Shown: positions 1 to 10,275, counted from the stretch's first letter. The stretch: 64,000 nucleotides of DNA from an uncultured Ruminococcus sp. (GCA_947174365.1 CAMWIR010000001.1:9100-73099), one strand, 5' to 3'. Notes: generated by a model from the letters alone, not told the origin. A program made the numbers and translations.

Positions 1-552
1 CTCGGGGAAAAATGCAACACTGAAAAAGCCTTCATCCCAAACCGTCAGGCTTTTAAGCCCGGGCAGCCTTGCATCGGACAGTTTATACATATTCATGTAT
101 GAAGGGCTGCCGCCGCCGCCTAATGTTATACGTTCCAGACTTTCCAAACCGTTTAGCAGGCTGAAATCGGTATCCTCGGGCAAAGGCAGCCCAAGGCCCA
201 AAGATTTAAGATTTTTGTAATTGGCAAGATCCCGCAGGTCGTCATCTGTAGGATATCCCAAGCCGACATATTCCTCATCATACTTTCCGTCAGCCTCGGA
301 AATTGTCTCTTCCGCCTCGGTTTCCGTGGGCACTTTTTCGCTTTCGCTGTAGGGCGTTTCGCTTTCACGGGGCGTTTCGGAGGGCTGCAAGCTCTGCTCC
401 GCAGAAGTGCAGGTGCAAGCCTGAACGATCTCGGAAGCGCTTGTCAAATCAGTTTCCGTAACTGCTGCTTCCGGAATATTTTCCGCCGCTTTTCCGCAGC
501 CGGATAATGCCATAATAACCGCCAGAGCTGCGCATATTTTTCTCTTTTTCAT
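1..552 (-). CDS. Lipoprotein with Glu/Thr/Ser-rich linker and LRR-like region (runs off the window start)
   Basis: Manual translation from ATG at 552: MKKRKICAALAVIMALSGCGK (lipobox LSGC), open to base 1, with LRR-like segments NLKSLGL, SLERITL, GLKSLTV. Not in the ORF track because no stop codon lies in the window. Confidence 0.8.
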   Translation of the reverse strand, partial: MKKRKICAALAVIMALSGCGKAAENIPEAAVTETDLTSASEIVQACTCTSAEQSLQPSETPRESETPYSESEKVPTETEAEETISEADGKYDEEYVGLGYPTDDDLRDLANYKNLKSLGLGLPLPEDTDFSLLNGLESLERITLGGGGSPSYMNMYKLSDARLPGLKSLTVWDEGFFSVAFFPE

Positions 553-628
553 AGAGCTTGCCTCCCTGCAATATTTACCGGGCTTTGAATTGTCACCTTC
601 AGCCCTTGTTATATTTTTATTCAACATA

Positions 629-734
629 ATTATACCACACTCATACCCAAAAAGTCAATGTTTTATTTGGAACGCACATAATATCATTAAAATTTACGTA
701 AGCCCTTGAAATATATCGGTGGAAATGTTATAAT
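629..734. promoter_or_regulatory. Divergent sigmaA-type promoters for the lipoprotein and the ABC operon
   Basis: Minus: TTGACT-18-TATAAT (658..629). Plus: TTGAAA-17-TATAAT (706..734). Confidence 0.6.
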
Positions 735-764
735 AAAATAAAGTAAACCGAAAAGAGGGAGAAT

Positions 765-1517
765 GTGAACGAGGTTTTAAAAGTAGAGGGTCTGTCGAAA
801 AGCTACAAAAAAGGCGTTCTGGCGGCGGACGAAGTCAGCTTCACGGTAGGAGAGGGGGAGATTTTCGCCCTGATAGGCCCTAACGGAGCGGGGAAAACCA
901 CCACAATAAGAATGATCTCCACCCTGATAAATCCCACAGGCGGTGACGCTTTTGTGGACGGCCACAGCGTTGTGAAAGAACCCGACAAGGTAAGAGAGTG
1001 CATTACATATCTGCCCGATGAGGCAGGGGCATACAAGAGCATGAAAGGGATAGACTATCTTTATTTTATGGCGGGGCTTTTTTCCACGGATAATGAGACA
1101 ATAGAAAAATATGTCCGCAGGGGCGTGGATATGTGCGGCCTGGGAGACAGACTGGAGGAAAAGATAGGAGGCTACTCCAGAGGAATGATAAGAAAGCTGC
1201 TTTTGTCAAGAGCAGTAATGACAAGACCCAAGCTTGCCATAATGGACGAGGCTACCTCGGGACTTGACGTTATAAATGCGCTGGATATCCGCAAGACCAT
1301 AAAAAAGCTTGCCAAAGAAGAGGGCATGAGCTTTCTGCTTTCCTCCCACAATATGCTGGAGATAGAATATGTTTCCGACAGAGTGGGCATAATGGCGCAT
1401 GGGCGGCTGATGGTCACGGGAACTATCGACGAGCTTAAATCCCGGTTCAATGCGGCGAATTTAGAGGAAGTTTTTGAAAGGACGGTGCAGGGGAATGAAG
1501 CTGGGCAATCTGTTTAA
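765..1517 (+). CDS. ABC-2 type exporter ATP-binding subunit (NatA-like)
   Basis: Walker A GPNGAGKTT, signature variant YSRGM, Walker B IMDEAT, H-loop SSH. Confidence 0.9.
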   Translation: MNEVLKVEGLSKSYKKGVLAADEVSFTVGEGEIFALIGPNGAGKTTTIRMISTLINPTGGDAFVDGHSVVKEPDKVRECITYLPDEAGAYKSMKGIDYLYFMAGLFSTDNETIEKYVRRGVDMCGLGDRLEEKIGGYSRGMIRKLLLSRAVMTRPKLAIMDEATSGLDVINALDIRKTIKKLAKEEGMSFLLSSHNMLEIEYVSDRVGIMAHGRLMVTGTIDELKSRFNAANLEEVFERTVQGNEAGQSV

Positions 1518-2832
1518 AAAGGAGATAAAGGAGCTGCTGTCGCCCCAGGCGATATTCTCCATAATATTCACCTGTCTGCTGTTTGTGATACTGGGGCAGT
1601 TTATGGGGGGCGTAATGGACGAGGCTATAAATAATTCCACAGTTAATATCCGCAATCTGGATAACTCGGAATTTACGGAAAAAATGCTTGCGGCGCTTCC
1701 CGACTACGGCGCAGACCCTGTTATAATAACCGAAGAGGGCAGCCTTGATGAACTGGGGCTGAAAAATCTGGTGATAATCCCCGAGGGATTCGGAGACAGC
1801 GTTGAAAAGGGCGGGGAAAAGATAAAACTCCAATGCGTCAGCCTTGTAAACGGCGGCGGACTTTCCTCCACTATGAGCAGTATGTCCGCATCATCGCTCA
1901 TCGGTTCGATCTACGATTATGTTGACGAGTACACAAGGACGGAGCGTTTGGAGCTTACGGAAGAAGAACTTTCTTTGCTTGACGAGCCTATGATATATGC
2001 GGAATACACAGAGGCAAACGGGAATACCGTTGAATTTTCGGCGAATATGCTCCAGTCGGTGCTTATGACCCAGTCCATGATAGCGCCTATGGCGGTGTTC
2101 TTTCTGGTAATGATGGCGGCGCAGATGATAATGACGGCGATATCCACGGAGAAGATCGACAAGACTCTGGAAACCCTCCTGAGCGCCCCTGTGTCAAGGC
2201 TTTCGGTGCTTATGGCGAAGCTGCTGGCAGCGCTGGTGGTGGCGCTTTTAAATGCGGCGACCATGATCGTGGGAATGCTTTTCTACATTCAGGGAATGAT
2301 CGGCAGCGCAGTGCAGGCAGAAATGGCAGACTTATCTGCGGCGGAAATGTCTGCTGACGGTATCTCGCAGGCGGCAGCGCTTTCGGAGCTGGGTATGTCG
2401 CTGTCCGCAGGGGATATAATATTGTTCGGGGTTCAGCTGTTTCTGACCATTGCCATAGGACTGTCCATATCGCTGATACTGGGAGCAATGGCGACTGATG
2501 TAAAAAGCGTTCAGACTCTTACGCTGCCTGTTATGATGATGACAATGATCCCCTTTTTCCTTACCATGTTTGCGGATGTTAACAGCCTTTCCCCCGTGCC
2601 GAGGCTTGTTATGTACCTTATTCCGTTCACTCATACCTATACCGCCCTTAACAACATAATGTTCGGGCATATGGGAATTTTCTGGGGCGGACTTGTTTAT
2701 CAGCTGATATTCTTTCTGGTATGTATGTACATGGCGGTCAAGATGTTTACCACAGACAGGCTTTTTACCATGTCATTTTCTTTGGATAACCGAAAACCAA
2801 AGGGCAGAAGCCGTGAAAAGACAGCGGAATAA
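1495..2832 (+). CDS. ABC-2 type exporter permease (NatB-like)
   Basis: N-terminal LFKKEIKELL plus TM, extracytoplasmic domain, EK..TLETLLSAPVSR motif and several C-terminal TM helices. Overlaps the ATPase gene; start moved to ATG 1495. Confidence 0.85.
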   Translation: MKLGNLFKKEIKELLSPQAIFSIIFTCLLFVILGQFMGGVMDEAINNSTVNIRNLDNSEFTEKMLAALPDYGADPVIITEEGSLDELGLKNLVIIPEGFGDSVEKGGEKIKLQCVSLVNGGGLSSTMSSMSASSLIGSIYDYVDEYTRTERLELTEEELSLLDEPMIYAEYTEANGNTVEFSANMLQSVLMTQSMIAPMAVFFLVMMAAQMIMTAISTEKIDKTLETLLSAPVSRLSVLMAKLLAALVVALLNAATMIVGMLFYIQGMIGSAVQAEMADLSAAEMSADGISQAAALSELGMSLSAGDIILFGVQLFLTIAIGLSISLILGAMATDVKSVQTLTLPVMMMTMIPFFLTMFADVNSLSPVPRLVMYLIPFTHTYTALNNIMFGHMGIFWGGLVYQLIFFLVCMYMAVKMFTTDRLFTMSFSLDNRKPKGRSREKTAE

Positions 2833-2880
2833 ATCTCCCCTGCCAGTAATGTCAGCAATGTCAGTAAAGGATTTTATATT

Positions 2881-3162
2881 ATGAAATTACACGAACCCTA
2901 TGAACCGAAGCTGAGAAAAAATTATATGCTTGCTGCTGCTGCTGCCGTTTTTGCGGCGGCAGCGGCGACGCTTTGGTTTTTTCACGATAAATTATCATTA
3001 AACACGGGGACTCTTTTCATCATTTCGGGAACGGCGATATTTTCGGTCATACTGACCTTCATAAATTACAAGAGGAAAAAGGAAAATTTTCTGAAAGCCA
3101 AGGAGCTTTCGGAAAAGCAGAATGACATAGGAAAAGACAAGGGAAACGAAATATTTTTTTAA
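2881..3162 (+). CDS. Small two-TM hypothetical membrane protein
   Basis: 93-aa ORF with two hydrophobic helices and a basic tail, co-oriented with the ABC genes. Confidence 0.65.
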   Translation: MKLHEPYEPKLRKNYMLAAAAAVFAAAAATLWFFHDKLSLNTGTLFIISGTAIFSVILTFINYKRKKENFLKAKELSEKQNDIGKDKGNEIFF

Positions 3163-3366
3163 GCGGCGTTATGATTCTGCTGTACGGTAACTTTAAAATG
3201 CATAACCGTTTATACCCTCACGGCTCTTGCGGTCTGCATATCCTTTTATCATATTATCATATAAAATACACATTTGAGTGATATAATATCATTAATTAAA
3301 GAGCATTATGGATTCGGGAAACGCCCGTCAGCGGGATTTTTCCAATAAACCGAAAGGGGTAAAAAA

Positions 3367-4050
3367 ATGTCGGAGAAAAAAATTCTTATTGTAGACGATG
3401 AAAAAAATATCCGCAATGTTATCAGCGAATACGCAAAGTTCGACGGATTTCTCACCGCCGAAGCGGAGGACGGTATGGCGGCTGTGGAAATGTGCCGCAA
3501 TGAGGACTACGACCTTATTATCATGGACATTATGATGCCGAAGCTGGACGGCTACTCCGCCGTGCGGGAAATACGAAAGACAAAGCAGATACCTGTGATA
3601 ATGCTTTCCGCAAGAGGAGAGGAATACGACAAGCTCTTCGGCTTTGAACTGGGTGTGGACGATTACGTTACAAAGCCCTTTTCCCCAAAGGAACTGCTGG
3701 CAAGAATAAGAGCTGTAATAAAAAGAAGCAGCGGCGGAAAGGACAGCCCCGGAGAGCGGCTTAAATTCGAGGGATTGGAAATAAATATGGCAGGCAGAGA
3801 GGTCATAGTCGACGGCAAGCCCGCAGCCCTTACTCCGAAAGAATACGACCTGCTGTTCTACCTTGTGCGCAGCAAGGGTATTGCCCTTTCAAGAGAAAAA
3901 CTTCTGGAAGAGGTCTGGGGATATGATTTTTACGGGGACGACCGCACAGTGGACACGCACATAAAAATGCTGCGGAACTCTTTGGGAGAATACCGCAAAT
4001 TTATCGTGACCCTCAGGGGAATGGGCTATAAATTCGATGCGGGAAGATAA
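3367..4050 (+). CDS. OmpR/PhoB-family response regulator
   Basis: REC domain (IVDDE, IMDIMMP, DDYVTKPF) plus winged-helix RTVDTHIK..LR...RGMGY. Confidence 0.95.
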   Translation: MSEKKILIVDDEKNIRNVISEYAKFDGFLTAEAEDGMAAVEMCRNEDYDLIIMDIMMPKLDGYSAVREIRKTKQIPVIMLSARGEEYDKLFGFELGVDDYVTKPFSPKELLARIRAVIKRSSGGKDSPGERLKFEGLEINMAGREVIVDGKPAALTPKEYDLLFYLVRSKGIALSREKLLEEVWGYDFYGDDRTVDTHIKMLRNSLGEYRKFIVTLRGMGYKFDAGR

Positions 4051-5545
4051 AAAAACAGCGGAAAGATCCGCCGCAGAAGAGATAAGAAACGAAAAGCGGC
4101 GGGAGCGTTTGACGGATATAGGAAGATCCCTGCGCAGCGTCCGCTTTACGGTGTGGATATATTTTGCCATATTCATCACCAGCATACTGGTGCTTATATG
4201 GGTCTCCTTTATCGTGTCCCTGGAGGCGACCTACCGCACGAAAAAAACCAGCGACATCACATCTCTTGCAAACTACATTCTGACCGAATGGGCTGACCAG
4301 GGATTTACCTCGGATACTCTTGACAGGCTTGCCCATGATAATGAAATGTGCGTTTTGCTCCAGGACAGATACGGGCTTACCCTCTATTCCTATGACGTAA
4401 TGGAGCGCAACTGCGTGCTCCATGGGTTTATGAACTTCGGAGAAATTTCCGAATACCGCCGCCTTGCCACGAACAGCGACAAGGGCATATATTACGCCGA
4501 GCTTATCAATACCCGCTTCGGTACAAACACCCTGCTGTTCGCCATGGTAATAGGAGATAAAAGCGACCCCGGAGGGTATCTTTTTCTGAACACATCATTG
4601 GAACCGCTTGAATCAACAGTCTCTATCCTGCGGGTGCAGATGTTCCAGGTGACCTTGTCTATGATGGTGCTGGGCTTCGGCATTTCCATTTTCCTGTCAC
4701 GGCTTATCTCAACGCCCCTTATCCGCATAACCAAATCCGCCGAAAAGCTTGCCCAAGGGGACTATAACGTTAAATTCAACGGCAAGGGCTATACGGAAAC
4801 GGAAAAGCTGGCGGACACCCTTAACTACGCCTCCAATGAAATAACCAAAATAGACACCATGCGCCGCGACCTTATGGCAAACATTTCCCACGACCTGCGC
4901 ACACCTCTTACCATGGTAAAGGCCTATGCGGAAATGGTACGCGACCTGTCGGGAGACGATCCCGAAAAGAGGAATGAACACCTTGGGATAATCATTGAGG
5001 AAAGCGACCGTCTGGCGGCGCTGGTAAACGACATTATGGATCTTACTAAGCTGGAGAGCGGCGCAGCCCCGTTGTCTCCCGAGCTTTTCTGCGTGGGAGA
5101 CAGACTCCGCGAGATAATGACCCGATACACCCTGCTTTCCGAGCGGGACGGCTACAACTTCTACATCAGTGTAAATGAGGACGTCTGGGCAGAGGCAGAC
5201 CTGATAAAATTCGACCAGGTCATCTACAATCTTGTAAACAATGCCGTCAACTATTCGGGAGAGGAAAAGAGCATTTACGTAATGCAGACCGCCACCGCAA
5301 AAACCGTGGAAATAACCGTTACCGACACAGGCAGCGGCATATCACCCGAGCTGTTGCCTCTTATATTTGACCGCTACTACCGTGCGGAAAAGCATAAGCG
5401 TGAGGTAATAGGCACGGGACTCGGCCTCAGCATTGTAAAGCAGATCTTCATACTTCACGGCTTTAAATTCGGCGTAAGATCGGAAGAAGGCGTGGGAAGC
5501 ACCTTTTGGTTTGAGATGGAGCGAAAGCAGCATAAATCGGGCTGA
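4037..5545 (+). CDS. Membrane sensor histidine kinase (HAMP-HisKA-HATPase)
   Basis: Two TM helices, HAMP, H-box NISHDLRTPL, N-box NLVNNAVNYS, G boxes DTGSGI and GTGLGL. Overlaps the response regulator. Confidence 0.95.
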   Translation: MREDKKTAERSAAEEIRNEKRRERLTDIGRSLRSVRFTVWIYFAIFITSILVLIWVSFIVSLEATYRTKKTSDITSLANYILTEWADQGFTSDTLDRLAHDNEMCVLLQDRYGLTLYSYDVMERNCVLHGFMNFGEISEYRRLATNSDKGIYYAELINTRFGTNTLLFAMVIGDKSDPGGYLFLNTSLEPLESTVSILRVQMFQVTLSMMVLGFGISIFLSRLISTPLIRITKSAEKLAQGDYNVKFNGKGYTETEKLADTLNYASNEITKIDTMRRDLMANISHDLRTPLTMVKAYAEMVRDLSGDDPEKRNEHLGIIIEESDRLAALVNDIMDLTKLESGAAPLSPELFCVGDRLREIMTRYTLLSERDGYNFYISVNEDVWAEADLIKFDQVIYNLVNNAVNYSGEEKSIYVMQTATAKTVEITVTDTGSGISPELLPLIFDRYYRAEKHKREVIGTGLGLSIVKQIFILHGFKFGVRSEEGVGSTFWFEMERKQHKSG

Positions 5546-5548
5546 AAT

Positions 5549-5606
5549 AAAAAAGAGGCAAGATGTTTACAGGAGAATCCTTAAAACATCTTGCCTTTTG
5601 TTTCTT
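5549..5606. repeat. CAAGAGGCAAGA hairpin element (family B, copy 1); probable bidirectional terminator
   Basis: AAAAGAGGCAAGATGTTT...AAACATCTTGCCTTTT between convergent genes. Confidence 0.75.
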
Positions 5607-5619
5607 TGCAAGCCTCCGG

Positions 5620-6681
5620 TCACCATTTATCCGTCGATCTGTCCTCGGGCAGCACAGGCGTTATCGCCGCAATTGCCACCTCTATCTGCTTGTCGTCGGG
5701 CTCTTTTGTGGTTATCCGCTGAAGCCACAGCCCGGGAGCGGAAATTATCCTTGTGAAAATATTATCCACACGCCCCGCCAGCTTTATAAGCTCATATCCG
5801 ACCGAGGTTTCCACAGGCAGGAGAAGCAGCTGCATACCGAACCGCTTAAATACATTGTCCCATGGGAGGAATATCCCTATGGCAATGCCGAGAAGAATTA
5901 TCAGCATAATAAAGCTTGTGCCGCAGCGGGGGTGGAAACGGGTCTGCTTTTTTACATTCTCCACCGTCAGCGGCAGACCAGCCTCATAGCAGGCTATGGT
6001 CTTGTGCTCCGCCCCGTGGTATCTGAATGTCCTCGCCATTTCTTTCATATTGGATATGACCCACATATACCCCACCAGCAGACAAAGCTTGATGATCCCC
6101 TCAACTATCGCCTTTAAAATATCCGGTGCACCCAGCTTACCTAGAAGCCCCGATATAAGAGCAGGGAAGAACTTTACTGCGCATACGGCGATTATGCAGC
6201 TTACCACACTCATTACTATCATTAACGTATTCATTACCTCTTTGCCGTTTTCCCCCTCAATGGCGGACTCCAGCTTTTTCATGGGCTTTGTGTTGTAAAG
6301 CCATTCTTCAAATTTTGAAAGCTCTTCCTCTTCATCATCGCCGTCCTCTGCGTCCATTTGCTTCTGAGAGGACTTCATTATGCATTTTGCCCCGTCCGCC
6401 AGTGAAGAGATAAAGTTAAAACAGCCCCTTATAAACGGAGCTTTTACATACCACGGAGCATTGTCACCGTTGTTTACCGCCCATGTCTCAACGTCGATAC
6501 TCCCGTCGGGCAGGCGGCACGCCATGGCGGCAATGCCCACGCCCTTCATCATTATGCCCTCGATAAGAGCCTGTCCGCCTATCTTCGACTTTATAGGCTC
6601 ATTTGCAGCCTCCGCCGCAGGAGTATCCGAGGGTTCTCCCTGTAAGTCTGTCTGCTGATTTTCCGAATCAATGCTCTTCAT
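5620..6681 (-). CDS. DUF1385-family membrane protein (putative metal-dependent enzyme)
   Basis: Motifs IGGQALIEGIMM, YHGAEHKTI, RFHPRCGTSF, LWLQRITTKEPDDKQIEVAI. Confidence 0.9.
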   Translation of the reverse strand: MKSIDSENQQTDLQGEPSDTPAAEAANEPIKSKIGGQALIEGIMMKGVGIAAMACRLPDGSIDVETWAVNNGDNAPWYVKAPFIRGCFNFISSLADGAKCIMKSSQKQMDAEDGDDEEEELSKFEEWLYNTKPMKKLESAIEGENGKEVMNTLMIVMSVVSCIIAVCAVKFFPALISGLLGKLGAPDILKAIVEGIIKLCLLVGYMWVISNMKEMARTFRYHGAEHKTIACYEAGLPLTVENVKKQTRFHPRCGTSFIMLIILLGIAIGIFLPWDNVFKRFGMQLLLLPVETSVGYELIKLAGRVDNIFTRIISAPGLWLQRITTKEPDDKQIEVAIAAITPVLPEDRSTDKW

Positions 6682-6691
6682 AAGCCGCTCC

Positions 6692-8515
6692 TTATGCCTT
6701 TTCTTTTGCCTTTGTCTTTGCCCTCAGTGAATTATCCAGAATGCGCTTTCTTATCCTTATGGACTTGGGAGTTATCTCCAGCAGCTCGTCGTCCGCAATG
6801 AATTCCAGGCTTTCCTCCAAAGAAAGCTTCCTCGGGGGAACAAGCCGCAAAGCGTCGTCCGAACCGCTGGCACGGGTGTTTGTCAGGTGCTTTTTCTTGC
6901 ACACGTTTACAACCAGGTCCTCCGCCTTGGGAGAAGCCCCCACGATCATGCCCTCGTAAACGGGAACGCCCGCCCCGATAAACAGCGAACCTCTCTCCTG
7001 AGCATTGTAAAGCCCGTAGGTAACAGATTCTCCCGTTTCAAAGGAAACCAGCGACCCGCTGCTGCGCCTGGGAATATCTCCCTTGTAAGGCTGATAGGAA
7101 TCGAGAACGCTGCTCATAACGCCCTCGCCCTTGGTGTCGGTAAGGAATTCGCTCTTGTAGCCGAAAAGTCCGCGGGAGGGGATAATAAATTCCATTCTCA
7201 TGCGGCTGCCCTGGGGGTGCATGGACTGTAATTCGCCCTTTCTCGTGCCCATTTTTTCCATAACAGTTCCCGTGCAGTCCTCGGGAACGTCTATAACAAG
7301 CCGCTCCATAGGCTCGCATTCCACGCCGTCTATCTCTTTCATAAGCACCCTCGGGGTGGAAACGCCAAGCTCATACCCCTCACGGCGCATATTTTCAATA
7401 AGTATGGACAGGTGCATTTCCCCTCTGCCGCATACCTTGAAGCTGTCGGTGTTTTCCGTCTCGGAAACACGCAGGGAAACGTCCCTCAAGACTTCTTTAA
7501 AGAGTCTGTCACGCAGCTGCCTGGAGGTTACGAATTTCCCCTCCTTGCCCGCAAAGGGGCTGTCGTTTACGGAGAAGGTCATCTCCACCGTAGGCTCGCT
7601 TATCTTAACAAAGGGCAGAGGCTCAACGCATTCGGTACTGCAAAGAGTATCCCCGATAGTGATGTCCTCTATACCCGATATCCAGACAATGTCTCCCACC
7701 TTTGCCTCGTCAACATTCTGCCGCCCGAGACCCTCGATCTGGCTCACAGTGACAATTTTGCTGTTGTAAGGCTTCTTGCTTTCATGGAAATCGCAGACAG
7801 TCACCTGACTGTTTACCTTGATAACGCCCCTCTCAACTCTGCCTATACCCGTCCTGCCCACATAATCGTTGTAATCAATGGAGGAAATGAGCATTTGCAT
7901 AGCTCCATTCTCGTCCCCCTCGGGAGCGGGAATGTAGTCGAGGATAGTATCAAACAAAGGCTTTAAATCTACGCCCTCCTCATACTGGCTGAGGGAACAA
8001 GTCCCCGCACGGCCCGAGCAGAAAAGCACGGGACTTTCCAGCTGCTCTTCGGAAGCGTCCAAATCGAGAAGCAGCTCCAGCACCTCGTCCCCTATCTCGT
8101 CCAGACGGGCGTCGGGACGGTCTATCTTATTCACCACCACAATTATCCTGTGACCCAGCTCCAGCGCCTTTGACAGCACAAATCTTGTCTGAGGCATAGG
8201 ACCCTCTGCAGCGTCCACCAGCAGCAGAACCCCGTCCACCATTTTAAGCACACGTTCAACCTCGCCGCCGAAGTCCGCGTGCCCCGGGGTGTCGATAATA
8301 TTTATCTTCACATCATTGTAGTAAACGGAAGTATTTTTCGCAAGAATGGTAATGCCCCTCTCACGCTCAATGTCATTGGAGTCCATGACTCTGTCCTCCA
8401 CCGCCTGATTTTCTCTGAATGCGCCCCCCTGTTTCAGCATTTCGTCCACCAGAGTGGTCTTGCCGTGGTCAACGTGGGCAATTATCGCAATGTTTCTTAA
8501 ATCGTTTCTTACCAT
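6692..8515 (-). CDS. typA: Translational GTPase TypA/BipA
   Basis: [64 protein letters not shown]. Start set at MVRNDLRN (8515). Confidence 0.97.
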   Translation of the reverse strand: MVRNDLRNIAIIAHVDHGKTTLVDEMLKQGGAFRENQAVEDRVMDSNDIERERGITILAKNTSVYYNDVKINIIDTPGHADFGGEVERVLKMVDGVLLLVDAAEGPMPQTRFVLSKALELGHRIIVVVNKIDRPDARLDEIGDEVLELLLDLDASEEQLESPVLFCSGRAGTCSLSQYEEGVDLKPLFDTILDYIPAPEGDENGAMQMLISSIDYNDYVGRTGIGRVERGVIKVNSQVTVCDFHESKKPYNSKIVTVSQIEGLGRQNVDEAKVGDIVWISGIEDITIGDTLCSTECVEPLPFVKISEPTVEMTFSVNDSPFAGKEGKFVTSRQLRDRLFKEVLRDVSLRVSETENTDSFKVCGRGEMHLSILIENMRREGYELGVSTPRVLMKEIDGVECEPMERLVIDVPEDCTGTVMEKMGTRKGELQSMHPQGSRMRMEFIIPSRGLFGYKSEFLTDTKGEGVMSSVLDSYQPYKGDIPRRSSGSLVSFETGESVTYGLYNAQERGSLFIGAGVPVYEGMIVGASPKAEDLVVNVCKKKHLTNTRASGSDDALRLVPPRKLSLEESLEFIADDELLEITPKSIRIRKRILDNSLRAKTKAKEKA

Positions 8516-8703
8516 AAAAATTTCCTTTCTTTTTCTTTTATTTTCTGCCTTTTCCGATGAATTTTCACAAATGAAGAGACGTGTAAAATCTCCTAACAAA
8601 TTGTACAAATTTTCTAAATTTAATTTAGAAATAATACCTAAAATCAATGAACCTACAAACGAAAAACAGTTGATGTTAAACAAAAGCACATTTGCATAAA
8701 AAA

Positions 8704-8830
8704 GCCTTGCAGGTAATTATGCAAACCGCTGCCGCAAAATCGGCATCCTCTGCCCCGAAAAATCTTATACGCAAATTTTTCGGGGCATTTTATGGCGATT
8801 TTGCTGTTGCGGTTTGCATACCTGCAAGGC
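8704..8830. repeat. 127-nt long imperfect inverted repeat directly 3' of tRNA-Tyr
   Basis: Nested arms GCCTTGCAGG/CCTGCAAGGC, TATGCAAACCGC/GCGGTTTGCATA, GCAAAATCG/CGATTTTGC, TGCCCCGAAAAAT/ATTTTTCGGGGCA. Confidence 0.85.
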
Positions 8831-8838
8831 AATATACA

Positions 8839-8922
8839 TGGTGGAAGAGGATGGATTTGAACCATCGAAGCCGAAGCAACAGATTTACAGTCTGCCCCCT
8901 TTGACCACTCGGGAACTCTTCC
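8839..8922 (-). tRNA. tRNA-Tyr(GUA), CCA encoded
   Basis: Reverse complement GGAAGAGTTCCCGAGTGG...GACTGTAAATC...GGTTCAAATCCATCCTCTTCCACCA; long variable arm. Confidence 0.97.
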
Positions 8923-8928
8923 GCATGA

Positions 8929-9004
8929 TGGAGCTGGTGGACGGACTTGAACCCCCGACCTGCTGATTACAAATCAGCTGCTCTACCAACTGAGCTACAC
9001 CAGC
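8929..9004 (-). tRNA. tRNA-Thr(UGU), CCA encoded
   Basis: Reverse complement GCTGGTGTAGCTCAGTTGGTAGAGCAGCTGATTTGTAATCAGC...GGTTCAAGTCC...CCAGCTCCA. Upstream promoter TTGACA-17-TATACT. Confidence 0.97.
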
Positions 9005-9207
9005 GCACTTTAAGCGACTATTATAGTATATCACTTGTTTTTCGTTTTGTCAAGGGGATTTTATGAAATTAACATTTTTTTTACAATTGGCCTTATTTTT
9101 CGCCCCGCAAAAAAAATTTCGGGAGAAATTCCCGAAAAACGGTTGATTTTGGGAATAAAACGTGGTATACTAAACGCAGGGAATGAGGTCGGAGAACCGC
9201 TTCTCCG

Positions 9208-9235
9208 ACCTCTTACCTCTAACATCTAACATCTG
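9208..9235. repeat. Heptamer tandem element (family A, copy 1)
   Basis: ACCTCTT ACCTCTA ACATCTA ACATCTG, preceded by hairpin GAGGTCGGAGAA-CCGC-TTCTCCGACCTC and followed directly by the RBS of the next gene. Confidence 0.75.
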
Positions 9236-9253
9236 AAAGGGGCCTGTATCCCA

Positions 9254-9892
9254 ATGAACAATACCGCATTAAACAACATTTCCTACGGACTGTACGTACT
9301 TACCGCCTCGGAAAACGGCAAAGACAACGGCTGCATAATCAACACCCTTATGCAGCAGACAAGCAGTCCATTGCGTGTGTCGGTGACGGTGAACAAGGCA
9401 AATCTCACCTGCGATATGATAGCAAACACAGGGCTGTTCAATGTCTCAATGCTGGACACCACTGCACCATTTGAGCTTATAAAGCATTTCGGCTTTCAGA
9501 GCGGCAGAAATGCACAAAAGTTTGAAGTGCCCGAAGTGTACGGATTTAAGCCCTATTATGCCGACAACGGTCTGATATATTTAAAGGAGCATACCTGCGC
9601 ATTCCTTTCCTGCAAGGTCATATCGCAAACCGACCTTGGCAGCCATATTATGTTTATGGCGGAGGTCACAGACGGTGATACAATAAGCAAAAATCCGCCC
9701 ATGACCTATGCCTATTATCATGCCAACGTCAAGCCGAAGCCCGCTCAGAAGCCCGAGGACAATACTCAGAGCAAAAAAGGCTGGGTCTGCAAAATATGCG
9801 GATATATTTACGAGGGCGAAGAGCTGCCGAAGGATTATGTCTGCCCAATCTGCAAGCACGGTGCGGAGGATTTTGAGAAAATCAACGGTTAA
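9254..9892 (+). CDS. Flavin reductase-like protein with C-terminal rubredoxin-like domain
   Basis: ISYGLYVLTA...NGCIINT, HFGFQSGR, GSHIMF; C-terminal WVCKICGYIY...CPICKHG. Confidence 0.9.
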   Translation: MNNTALNNISYGLYVLTASENGKDNGCIINTLMQQTSSPLRVSVTVNKANLTCDMIANTGLFNVSMLDTTAPFELIKHFGFQSGRNAQKFEVPEVYGFKPYYADNGLIYLKEHTCAFLSCKVISQTDLGSHIMFMAEVTDGDTISKNPPMTYAYYHANVKPKPAQKPEDNTQSKKGWVCKICGYIYEGEELPKDYVCPICKHGAEDFEKING

Positions 9893-10086
9893 TCTTGTCG
9901 TTTTGCCCTAAATTTGGCAAGACTTGCCGACAGAAATTTGCCGCCGGGTATGACCAAAATGTGAAAATATTGTAAAATTACAAAAAAGCCTTGCAATTTA
10001 AGGTGAGTTGTGATAAAATAATAATGTTATGAAATTTTGAGAGATAAAAAATTCCCTCAATGAACGAATTTAAGGAGGTGTGCCCC

Positions 10087-10275
10087 ATGGCAAAATGCGA
10101 TATTTGCGGAAAGGGCGTTACTTTCGGTATAAGGGTTTCCCATTCCCACCGCCGTTCCAACAGAGCGTGGAAGCCCAATGTAAAGCGTGTAAAGGCTATT
10201 GTTGACGGTTCTCCCAAGCATATTCATGTATGCACAAGATGCCTGCGCTCGGGTAAGGTAACCAGAGCAAGCTGA
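10087..10275 (+). CDS. rpmB: 50S ribosomal protein L28 (Cys-containing form)
   Basis: MAKCDICGK...VSHSHRRSNRAWKPNV...CTRCLRSGKV; RBS AAGGAGG. Confidence 0.97.
   Translation: MAKCDICGKGVTFGIRVSHSHRRSNRAWKPNVKRVKAIVDGSPKHIHVCTRCLRSGKVTRAS

Noticed and set aside
2845-2868. 9-nt tandem CAGTAATGT CAGCAATGT CAGTAA
   Set aside because: Only ~2.5 units, single occurrence, no supportable function.
8516-8689. 58-aa N-terminal extension of TypA in the ORF track
   Set aside because: AT-rich intergenic sequence; homology and the RBS (GAAAGGAAA) point to the start at 8515.
9117-9137. Palindrome TTTCGGGA-N5-TCCCGAAA upstream of the flavin reductase promoter
   Set aside because: Could be an operator, but it is a single instance and matches no regulator site I can name.
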